Shown here: one piece after another, positions 1 through 8,500 of the stretch
Position numbering within the stretch: position 1 is the first letter of the stretch
Layout of the letters: each line of letters opens with the position of its first letter
Assembly: GCA_002788755.1 (NCBI GenBank)
Contig: PFRW01000051.1
Coordinates: 1 to 44,131, forward strand
Length of the DNA stretch: 44,131 nt
Direction of reading: 5' to 3'
DNA from: Candidatus Peregrinibacteria bacterium CG_4_9_14_0_2_um_filter_41_14
Lineage (GTDB): Bacteria; Patescibacteriota; Gracilibacteria; UBA1369; UM-FILTER-41-14
Made by a program: the position numbers and the translations under genes
Notes under the pieces: generated by a model
What the model saw: the letters and a program-made list of their open reading frames with translations, nothing else
Told to the model about the DNA's origin: nothing
The model's database searches: none

Positions 1-572
1 TGGCCAGTGGTATCAGAGCTCCCAATTAATCCGGAAGTAATAAAAGCTTCTTGTGAAAAATTAGCCTTAACCGCCTCATTAACCAAAGCAACACGCCCAT
101 CGGGCGCATATCCCAATTTAAAACTCTTAATCAAATCCATCCCAACCCCCCTATTCTCCAAATACCCAACAACTTTTTGACCGGCATCCGTCTCCAATAA
201 TTGCGCATGATAAAAATTAGCGGCAATATCATGCAACTCTTTAATATCTTGCTTCTGACTTTTTTGATGTTTGAGCTCTGCACTACTAACTTTAGCCTCA
301 ATTTTAACGCCAACCTTATCGGCCAAATTACTTAAGGCCTCAACAAAATCAACTCCTTCGATTAACTGATAAAACGCAAAAATATCCCCTCCCTGATTAC
401 AACCAAAACAATAGGCCAACCCTTTTTCGGGACTGACTACAAAACTAGGTGTCTTCTCACTATGAAAAGGACAAGCACCTTTAAAATTACGACCAGCCTT
501 CTTTAATTCAACATACTCCGAAACAAGGTCATATATCGATAATCGCTCCTTAATCTCCTCAACTTGATCCAT
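1..572 (-). CDS. dnaG: DNA primase, 5' part; runs off the window edge and is absent from the ORF track
   Basis: Manual translation from ATG at 572: MDQVEEIKERLSIYDLVSEYVELKKAGRNFKGACPFHSEKTPSFVVSPEKGLAYCFGCNQGGDIF, the CHC2 zinc finger (CPFH..KTPSF, CFGC..GGD). Overlaps the end of the upstream gene by 14 bp. Confidence 0.97.
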   Translation of the reverse strand, partial: MDQVEEIKERLSIYDLVSEYVELKKAGRNFKGACPFHSEKTPSFVVSPEKGLAYCFGCNQGGDIFAFYQLIEGVDFVEALSNLADKVGVKIEAKVSSAELKHQKSQKQDIKELHDIAANFYHAQLLETDAGQKVVGYLENRGVGMDLIKSFKLGYAPDGRVALVNEAVKANFSQEAFITSGLIGSSDTTG

Positions 573-1575
573 ATTTTTCTTCTAAATAAACAAGAATAAT
601 CGCTACAAACAACAAAATAGCAAATAAAATCATTGCCATAAAGCCCTTTAATTGCGTTGATAAAATCAACAAAGACACAACCGCAATCAAACTCATAAAC
701 AACAAATAAAAGAACACCAACTTTTGTGATGAAATGCCCACTCGCTGCAATCGATGATGCAAATGCGCCAAATCTCCCTTAAATGGCGACTTACCTTTTA
801 AAACTCTCCTAAACACAATCCAAAAAGCATCAAAAATCGGCACAAATAAAACCAAAGCAGCCGTAGCTACCTTGCCACCACCATAAACAGCCACAACACC
901 CAACATAAAGCCTAAAAACATACTTCCCGTATCTCCAATCAAATATCGCAATTTAGGCCAACAAAAGCCGGTAACCACCAACGAGGCCACTCCAAGCAAC
1001 AAAGTTAAAACTGTTACCCCCTGTTGCGGCAATGTATGAATTTGCGGTAATACACTTAAAGCAAAAATCGTAAAAAACCCAATCGTACTGGACCCAGATG
1101 CCAAACCAGGTGCACCGTCCAGCCAGTTCATCACATTTATTACCAACATAAGCCAAAGCGCCGTAATCATTTGTCCCCCAAATTGCCCAAATTCTAACCA
1201 GCCATAAAACGGAATATTAAACCCATAAATAAAGGTTCCCGTTGCCACCACCACCACGGCCGCCACCGCCTGTATCCACAACCGCAAATACGGCGACAAA
1301 TCATAACGATCATCAATAAAACTCGTTACAACCAGCAATGTGGCCCCAATAATCACCCCAACCAACTTCATATTAATATCCAAAAACACCAATGCACCCA
1401 ACAAAAAAATAATATATAAAACTATCCCAGCACTATAAGGCACCGGCTTACGCTTAAACCCATATTTTTCCGGATTATCCATTAAACCCAACCGCGGAAA
1501 ATACTTCAAAACCAACCTACTCAACAGCAACGACCCCACCAAAGCAAAAGCAATAACTGCTAAATAAAGCATCAA
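559..1575 (-). CDS. MraY/WecA/TagO-family (glycosyltransferase family 4) polyprenyl-phosphate sugar-1-phosphate transferase
   Basis: Polytopic membrane protein with FIDD, NVMNWLDGAPGL, IGDTGSMFLG and GDLAHLHHRL motifs. The HLHH loop is typical of WecA/TagO. Confidence 0.9.
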   Translation of the reverse strand: MMLYLAVIAFALVGSLLLSRLVLKYFPRLGLMDNPEKYGFKRKPVPYSAGIVLYIIFLLGALVFLDINMKLVGVIIGATLLVVTSFIDDRYDLSPYLRLWIQAVAAVVVVATGTFIYGFNIPFYGWLEFGQFGGQMITALWLMLVINVMNWLDGAPGLASGSSTIGFFTIFALSVLPQIHTLPQQGVTVLTLLLGVASLVVTGFCWPKLRYLIGDTGSMFLGFMLGVVAVYGGGKVATAALVLFVPIFDAFWIVFRRVLKGKSPFKGDLAHLHHRLQRVGISSQKLVFFYLLFMSLIAVVSLLILSTQLKGFMAMILFAILLFVAIILVYLEEKYGSS

Positions 1576-1635
1576 CTATTATTAGTAAAACACAAGTAGA
1601 TTAGTGCCACAGCCACATTACTGCAACAAGAAAAA

Positions 1636-2499
1636 CTACATAATCACCGCCATCTTCATCTTACCAGGCAGCCTTAACACCGGCTCAAGCAAACAAACCA
1701 TTTCATCATTTAACACACCGGCCGTAACCCCATCAACCGCAATTAACGGGCTGATAAATTGCCCCAACTTTAACTGCTCCCACTCACCGGTTTCCAAATA
1801 ATATTTTGGCCGCACCCCCCAAGCCTCCAACAAACCAATTTTACCAACTGCCCAACTCCCCTTCTCTATCGCTTCCATCTGAACCCAATTGTCCATATTA
1901 AAACAGCCAACGCGCGTACGCTCCAAAGCCGTTAAATAGCCACCAACCTCTAAAGCCTCTCCCAAATCCGATGCCAAACTTCTCACATAAAAACCTTTAC
2001 CACAAACAACCCGCAACTTTAATATTGGCCAATCGTAAGTAATGATATCAATACTTTTCACAAAAACCGGACGCGCCTTTAGTTCAAACTCCTTACCCGC
2101 ACGGATCAAATCATAAGCCCGCTTGCCCTCAACCTTAATTGCCGAATACTTAGGCGGAATCTGCATAATCTCACCAATAAAAGCCCTCAAGGCCACTTCA
2201 ACAGCAGACAGGGCCAGCTTGGCAGCTGGCTTTACATCAGCAATCTCCCCTTCTGTATCACCGGTTGTCGAAACTTTGCCCAATTCCACGGTAGCAATAT
2301 ATTCTTTTTCATCTTCTTGTAGATACTGAATCAATCTTGTTGCCTTATTAAAGGCTAAAGGCAAAACCCCGGTGGCAAAAGGGTCTAATGTCCCCAAATG
2401 ACCAACCTTTTTAATACCAACCGCTCCCCTCACCTTTTTAACAACATCAAACGAAGTCCAATCACTCGGTTTATTTATATTCAAAAAAAAATTCTCCAT
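1636..2499 (-). CDS. truB: tRNA pseudouridine(55) synthase
   Basis: KPSDWTSFDVV, KVGHLGTLDPFATGVL, QIPPKYSAIKVEGKRAY and CGKGFYVRSLASDLG motifs. Start moved to the ATG at 2499, just after the murE stop. Confidence 0.96.
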   Translation of the reverse strand: MENFFLNINKPSDWTSFDVVKKVRGAVGIKKVGHLGTLDPFATGVLPLAFNKATRLIQYLQEDEKEYIATVELGKVSTTGDTEGEIADVKPAAKLALSAVEVALRAFIGEIMQIPPKYSAIKVEGKRAYDLIRAGKEFELKARPVFVKSIDIITYDWPILKLRVVCGKGFYVRSLASDLGEALEVGGYLTALERTRVGCFNMDNWVQMEAIEKGSWAVGKIGLLEAWGVRPKYYLETGEWEQLKLGQFISPLIAVDGVTAGVLNDEMVCLLEPVLRLPGKMKMAVIM

Positions 2500-2500
2500 A

Positions 2501-3814
2501 TTATAAGTTAACGACATGTTCACGCTCCAAAATTTCACGCACCACCTTGCGGTCATCCCATGGCACTAATTTATCACCAATAGCAATCACCTGTTCACAC
2601 CCTTTACCGGCAATTAACACTGTATCCTCCGGTTGCGCTATTTCTAAAGCATATTCAATAGCTGTCCGCCGATCAACAATTTTTGCCAATCGCTCCCCTT
2701 CTTTACGATTAATTCCAACCGCAATGTCTTCAATAATTTGTAACTGATTTTCGTTATATGGATCATCATTAGTTAAAACAATTTCATCTGCCAACTTATC
2801 GGCAATTGCTCCCATTTTAGGCCGTTTGGCTTTATCTCGACCGCCACCGGTACAACCAAAAACGAGGATGGTCTTCCCTTTGGTCACACTGTTAAAAATA
2901 CTACACAGTTTTGCCAACGCATCTTCCGTATGTGCATAATCAACAATCACAGCATACGGCTGCCCGAATTGTAATGGCTCATACCGCCCCGCAATTGGTC
3001 GCATACTATCAAACCCCTTCTTAATTTGTTCAGGCGTTAAACCTTGCGACAGCACAATTGCCGTAGCAGTCAGCGCATTATAAATATTAAAATCACCAAT
3101 CAAAAGCAACTCAACCTCAAAACTAGCATTTGGTGCCTCAATCGTAAACTTACTACGATCCGGGTACAACTCAAAACCATTGACCTTAATCGACCCATTT
3201 CTAAAACCAAACGTATACTTACGATTAGCCTGAAACTGATTCATATACTCAAATTGATCATCATCAGCATTTAAAACCAACACTTTGTCCACCCCAACTT
3301 TGCGACGCATCCCCTGTACACTAGACAAAAAACTCGCCTTTGTGCGCAAATATTTTTCAAAACTACCATGATACTCCAAATGATCATTACTAATATTTGT
3401 ATACGCCGCCACATCAAAATTAATCCCATAAATACGCGACTGCGTAATTGCGTGCGACGTTACCTCCAAAACCGCATAATCACACTTGGCTTTAACCATC
3501 GCTCTTAACATTTTTTGTGTAAAAAAAGCCGATTGCGATGACATTTTCGTCTTATTGTCCCACCGCTTATCAGCAATTTGAAAATTAATCGAAGTCATCA
3601 TGCCCACCTTATAATCAGCATCCATCAATAAATGTGCCACCATATTGCAAGTAGTGGTTTTGCCATTAGTACCCGTTATACCAATTACTTTAAGTTTACG
3701 CGCCGGATACCCATAAACCACCGCCGCCACAAATGCTTTAATCTTATGATAAAACAACAAAAAAGCATTTTGATCATTAATATACTTACGTAGCAATTTT
3801 TTTAATAAATTCAT
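2501..3814 (-). CDS. murE: UDP-N-acetylmuramoyl-tripeptide synthetase (MurE family)
   Basis: GITGTNGKTTT P-loop, EVTSH, TNISNDHLEYH, VDYAHT, FGCTGGGRDKAKRPKMG, IAGKGCE, WDDR. Confidence 0.93.
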   Translation of the reverse strand: MNLLKKLLRKYINDQNAFLLFYHKIKAFVAAVVYGYPARKLKVIGITGTNGKTTTCNMVAHLLMDADYKVGMMTSINFQIADKRWDNKTKMSSQSAFFTQKMLRAMVKAKCDYAVLEVTSHAITQSRIYGINFDVAAYTNISNDHLEYHGSFEKYLRTKASFLSSVQGMRRKVGVDKVLVLNADDDQFEYMNQFQANRKYTFGFRNGSIKVNGFELYPDRSKFTIEAPNASFEVELLLIGDFNIYNALTATAIVLSQGLTPEQIKKGFDSMRPIAGRYEPLQFGQPYAVIVDYAHTEDALAKLCSIFNSVTKGKTILVFGCTGGGRDKAKRPKMGAIADKLADEIVLTNDDPYNENQLQIIEDIAVGINRKEGERLAKIVDRRTAIEYALEIAQPEDTVLIAGKGCEQVIAIGDKLVPWDDRKVVREILEREHVVNL

Positions 3815-4164
3815 AAAAGTTGATTAGCAGCAGCAATATCCTGCTGTATTTGCGCCTTCAAGTCGAGTAAATTTTCAAACTTACGCACTTCTCTAATAAA
3901 TCCTCTAAATTCTAACTTTACCTCCATGCCATAAACATCTTGCGCAAAGTCAAAAACATTTACCTCTAAATAATTTCGCCCCGGCTCACCGTTTCCTTTA
4001 GGACCCCAGTGCAACACACCATTATACCAATTATCGGCAATCTCAACTCGACACGCATAAACACCGTGCGGCCAACAAACCTCTTTTAAAGGCGACAAAT
4101 TTAGGGTGGGCACCAATTCCTTGGCACCCACACCTAAACCTTTTTCAACTATCGCTTTAATCAT
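3811..4164 (-). CDS. Stand-alone riboflavin kinase (RibF C-terminal-like flavokinase domain)
   Basis: VEKGLGVG..LVPTLN (PTAN-like), GVY, LEVNVFDF..DVYG, FIREVRKF...LKAQIQQD. No FMN adenylyltransferase domain. ATG at 4164 overlaps the hpf stop. Confidence 0.85.
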   Translation of the reverse strand: MIKAIVEKGLGVGAKELVPTLNLSPLKEVCWPHGVYACRVEIADNWYNGVLHWGPKGNGEPGRNYLEVNVFDFAQDVYGMEVKLEFRGFIREVRKFENLLDLKAQIQQDIAAANQLL

Positions 4165-4759
4165 TGCTACCAATTACACCTTCACGCTGTTCCAACTCCA
4201 CCAAACCATAACCTTGGCCGTCACTACGCTTATAAACTAAATTGTATCGGTCAGTTCGCTCATTTACAAAAATAAAGAACGTATGCCCCAACGTTTCCAT
4301 TGTGTCAACAGCCTCCATTTCGGACATTGGGTACAAATCGGTAAACAACTTACGTCGCGTAATTTTATACATCGGCTCGTTAACAACCGCTTCCGGCGTA
4401 GTTTCCTGCATCGATGGCATGGCCTGCATAGGATTATGCATATTATGCATATGCTTTTCCTTATAACGATCAATTTGACGCTTCAACTTTTCAACCACCA
4501 AATCAACAACTTCTTCAATAACCTGACCAGAAGCCTCACCTCTAATTAAAGCATGTGGCACCGACATGTTCACCTTAATAATAATATGCTGTGTACTATC
4601 TTTAATACTGCGACTTTCCACCATTACCTTAATATTAATCGCCTCTTCCTTCATCTTCAAAATTTCCGAATACTTACTTAATACATCCAATTTATTCAAA
4701 ATATAATCCTTATGATGATCCAATAATTCGATATGTTCTGACGAAATCTGAATATTCAT
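4157..4759 (-). CDS. hpf: Long-form ribosome hibernation promoting factor (S30AE/HPF with C-terminal domain)
   Basis: N-terminal MNIQIS..I.L...KDYILNKL and VDLVVEKLKRQIDRYKEK. C-terminal PMSEMEAVDTMETLGHTFFIFVN...NLVYKRSDG.GYGLVE. Confidence 0.92.
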   Translation of the reverse strand: MNIQISSEHIELLDHHKDYILNKLDVLSKYSEILKMKEEAINIKVMVESRSIKDSTQHIIIKVNMSVPHALIRGEASGQVIEEVVDLVVEKLKRQIDRYKEKHMHNMHNPMQAMPSMQETTPEAVVNEPMYKITRRKLFTDLYPMSEMEAVDTMETLGHTFFIFVNERTDRYNLVYKRSDGQGYGLVELEQREGVIGSND

Positions 4760-4787
4760 ATGTATGTGGTTAATTATTTACACAATA

Positions 4788-5462
4788 TCACACTACCGGG
4801 TACCCCGACAACAAATCTCGCAAAGCCGCAGCAGGATCAGCCGCCTTACAAACTCCCGAAGCAACCAACACCCCTCTAGCCCCATACTCTACGGCAATTC
4901 GCACATCGTCGAAATCACGTACGCCGGCACCAACTAACAATTTGTCACCCCCAATTAGCTTTAACGCCTTCTTTATCACATCAGCTTGCGATTTTGAAAT
5001 CGAAATATCTCCACCAATCAGTTCCGGTGGCTCTACAGCCAAATAATCCGGCTCAAACTCTAAAAACGACCATCCTTCCTCCGCCGTCTCACAACAAACA
5101 ATTGTCACCAACCCAGACCGTTTTGCCGAAGTAATCGATTCTTTTAACACTTCTCGCTCCAATCTATTTTCTGAATGATTCAAAATCGTCCCCCACCCCC
5201 CCATATTTTTAACCCGCTCCGGCACAATTTTCCCTGTATAAGACCCCGCACAAGCCGGATCCACATGTTGCGCCAACTTTTTTACATTTGGAAAATCCGA
5301 AACCGCCCCAAAATCCAACGCCTGCACCGCACACGTCACATTTACATGCGGAAATTCCCCTGCCACTTCGTCATGAATTTTTAAAAGCGCCTCCGCATTA
5401 ACTCCAGAAGCCTCTGTATAAGTCTTAAAATTAGTGATGAATAGAAAATTGTTGGTAGCCAT
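4788..5462 (-). CDS. tpiA: Triosephosphate isomerase, short archaeal type
   Basis: NFKTY, AQHVD, GSYTG, LNHSENR, AVEPPELIGG, GVLVASGV; 224 aa. Confidence 0.93.
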   Translation of the reverse strand: MATNNFLFITNFKTYTEASGVNAEALLKIHDEVAGEFPHVNVTCAVQALDFGAVSDFPNVKKLAQHVDPACAGSYTGKIVPERVKNMGGWGTILNHSENRLEREVLKESITSAKRSGLVTIVCCETAEEGWSFLEFEPDYLAVEPPELIGGDISISKSQADVIKKALKLIGGDKLLVGAGVRDFDDVRIAVEYGARGVLVASGVCKAADPAAALRDLLSGYPVV

Positions 5463-5527
5463 AGTTGAATTATTAGTAATAGTGTGCTATTATTTAAAGA
5501 TTTTGAAATATATAACGTACTTGTCTC

Positions 5528-8500
5528 ATGTTACAAAACCAATTTGGAAGCCACAAGACGAATAACCAAAATAGTTTCACCTTTAAGGAAAAACACCTAA
5601 TCGGATTCGAACTGTTTGGCGATCTTGAAAATGAAAGTACCAACGACCCAAAAATTGAAACAGTGCAAAACCTCCAAAAAAGTCTCAATACAATCAAAAA
5701 AAATGACGAAGACACAACCGAACATAACACAAGCATTGAAAAATCAATTTATGAATTACTAAACGACGAACACGACCTAGACACAACAACGGCAAGCATG
5801 ATTGCTAAACATTTAAGCAATAAACTTAAAGAAAAAAACGGCGCCTATCCGGACGGAAACCTCCAAAACCGCGATATCGTTGTCAAAAACAAAGGTAACA
5901 AAATTACCGTCTCAACCCACGAAGAAACAAGCTGGTACGACCTCGAGAATTACGAAAACACCTATTTTACAGACACAGTGGATTTAACAGATGAAGATAT
6001 TCAAGAAATCATTAACGAAAACATTGCAAACAAAGCCGTAGCAACCAGTAGCCTTTCCAGTTACATAGATCGATCCAAAGTAGTTCCCGAAGATGATCGC
6101 TGGAGAAGCAGATATCTACTATTTCAAACCGAACAATCGTTACAACAGATCAACAAAGAACCCCTGGAATCAGATGAATATTACGGTGTACCTAAAAACT
6201 TTACCGATCGTTTTAATGACGCAACAGGTATGAGAGAAGCAATTTTAACCGAACAAATTAGTGATAGTCAAAATCTCGTTAAACTATTTGCCAGGCTTGG
6301 CATCAACCAACGTCAATTTTTAGAAGAATCATTTGGCTCAAGTTTTTTTGGCAATCTAGAACCTGGTGTTTCCGCACAACAAATTTTTGAATTCAGCAAT
6401 TTAAGCAAAAAATACGACACAATTGAAGATGCCCAAAATCGTCTTCAAATTTTAGCCAAAGATCCCGACACAAATCGCAAAGAAATAAGCGAAATCACCA
6501 GAAACATCCGTGATATCCGCGCCCTTGGCGAAATGTTAAGAGACTTGGAATACCACGCGCCTGACAAAAAAAATCCTGACTACATTAGTAAAATTAATTT
6601 TAGCAATGCCCTAGATGCCAAAAGTAAAGAAGCCTTTAAAGATAACCCAGCAATTATAATGGCACTTATGGGCTATCTATATGGCTTAAAAAATCTACAA
6701 AAAGAACAATACGTCAGCTACAGTCTAAACTCCGATCAACGGTTCGAAGCCTTTATCGAAGAAGTACCGGCAAGAGACTACGACAAATTACTAAAAGCAT
6801 ATCAAAAAATTGATATCACATGGGCACTTGGAAGCCAAACTCTAACGGAAGGTATTCAAGAATTATCAAAACCGGAATATGCGGACGTAAGAAGCATCCT
6901 CGATGCTGCAAAACTAGATTACATTGGACAAGGTGACAGCCCCATTGCAAGTGACATCGCAAGCCTTATCGCCAATCCTCTGAATACAGGTCCCATTAAC
7001 GAAGACTATGAAACATTAACTCAAGAAGAAATGACCGGTCCCGGCGCTACCGCCGAGTCTGCAAACTTTGTTAATCGTCAATACTCACAAAAAGCGATCT
7101 ACGAAAGTATTCTCCGTGACTGCCGTGACTTTAAAACAAACCAATACGATCTAACAAAATTAGAAACAAATCTAAAACGCTACGCCGAATATGGACGTTT
7201 ATACATCGCCCAAAACCCGGAAGCGCTTAAAGAAAACAATACATCACTTCTAAATACTCAGTGGCCGGAGAACACACCGCTACTCAACGCTCTAGCCGAT
7301 AAAAACTTAATTCAACTGATTCGACATGGCTTTTTACTAGAACAAAAAGTAAAAAATTCAACAAAAAAACAAGTAAAGGGATTAGACCAAGACTTACAAC
7401 AAAACAAAATTAATCCTCAAGAATTAGCACACTTCCTCACCGGCCTACACCTTGATAAAGACGGACTAGAAAAATTAGGTCTTGGCGCCGCACTAGTGAT
7501 CAATTTAGACGATGCAGGTAATCCAAACCAAAACAGTATTCATGTTGGCGGTGCAGCCAATGTCCTTGATCCAAAAGAAAGCGGCATTATTATCACATTT
7601 AGCCGTAACAATACGGAAACCGGAACCGAAGCCAGTGCTGGCACAGTGCTCAACCCTTACACAGCCAATATCGGTTTCAGTATTAAAGGTGAAATTTCTA
7701 AAAATTACCACATACGTCTTAACGGTGGCATTGGCACATTTGGACCAGTCCTTGCCGCCAGTATAGGCGCCGGCTTTGGTCGCGACTTAAAGACTTACAC
7801 AACCGAACACGAAGAAGAAACAATCAAAGAATTCTACGACACAAAAGGCACTGTTTTTGAAGAACTCAATGCGGCTCAAAAAGCCAAAAAATCCGAAACA
7901 GAGCAAATGGCGATTGTTAATAAAATCCCCCACCTTAAAGAACTACACGAATATTTCACAAAGCAAACCCCGCCTTTACCAGAAAAACAAATTAATGAAA
8001 TTTTCATCGGTGAAAACGGACTAGCTAATGAACTACAAAACAACATAAAAAATTATGCCGTTGAAAACACAAGCGAAGTAGGTTGGGAAGTTGGCGGTGG
8101 ACTTGCGTTCGTCGATATTTTTGGCGTAACAGTTCCTATCCCCTATGCCTACATTAGTCTGGAACTTCCAACCGGCAAAACCATTATGCGTTACAGCATG
8201 CCATCAGACGTTGAAGCCAACACACAAATTCAAATGGAAGATGCCATTCAAGCACAATTACTTGAACAAGCGGGCACAAGCCAAAATCTAATAGTTACAT
8301 CAACAAAAAGCGGCGAAGTTTATTTCGATAAAGAAACCGGCCAATGGCGTATAAACCAAACGCGTGGGATTCCAGAACTTGGCACTTTAAATGCAGACCA
8401 AAAAGCCAAAGCCAAAAAACTCACAGAAGCATACAAAGCTTATGGCATCACCTTTAGTGAGATTACAGATCCAGCCTATACCACAAAAGATGGACTCAAA

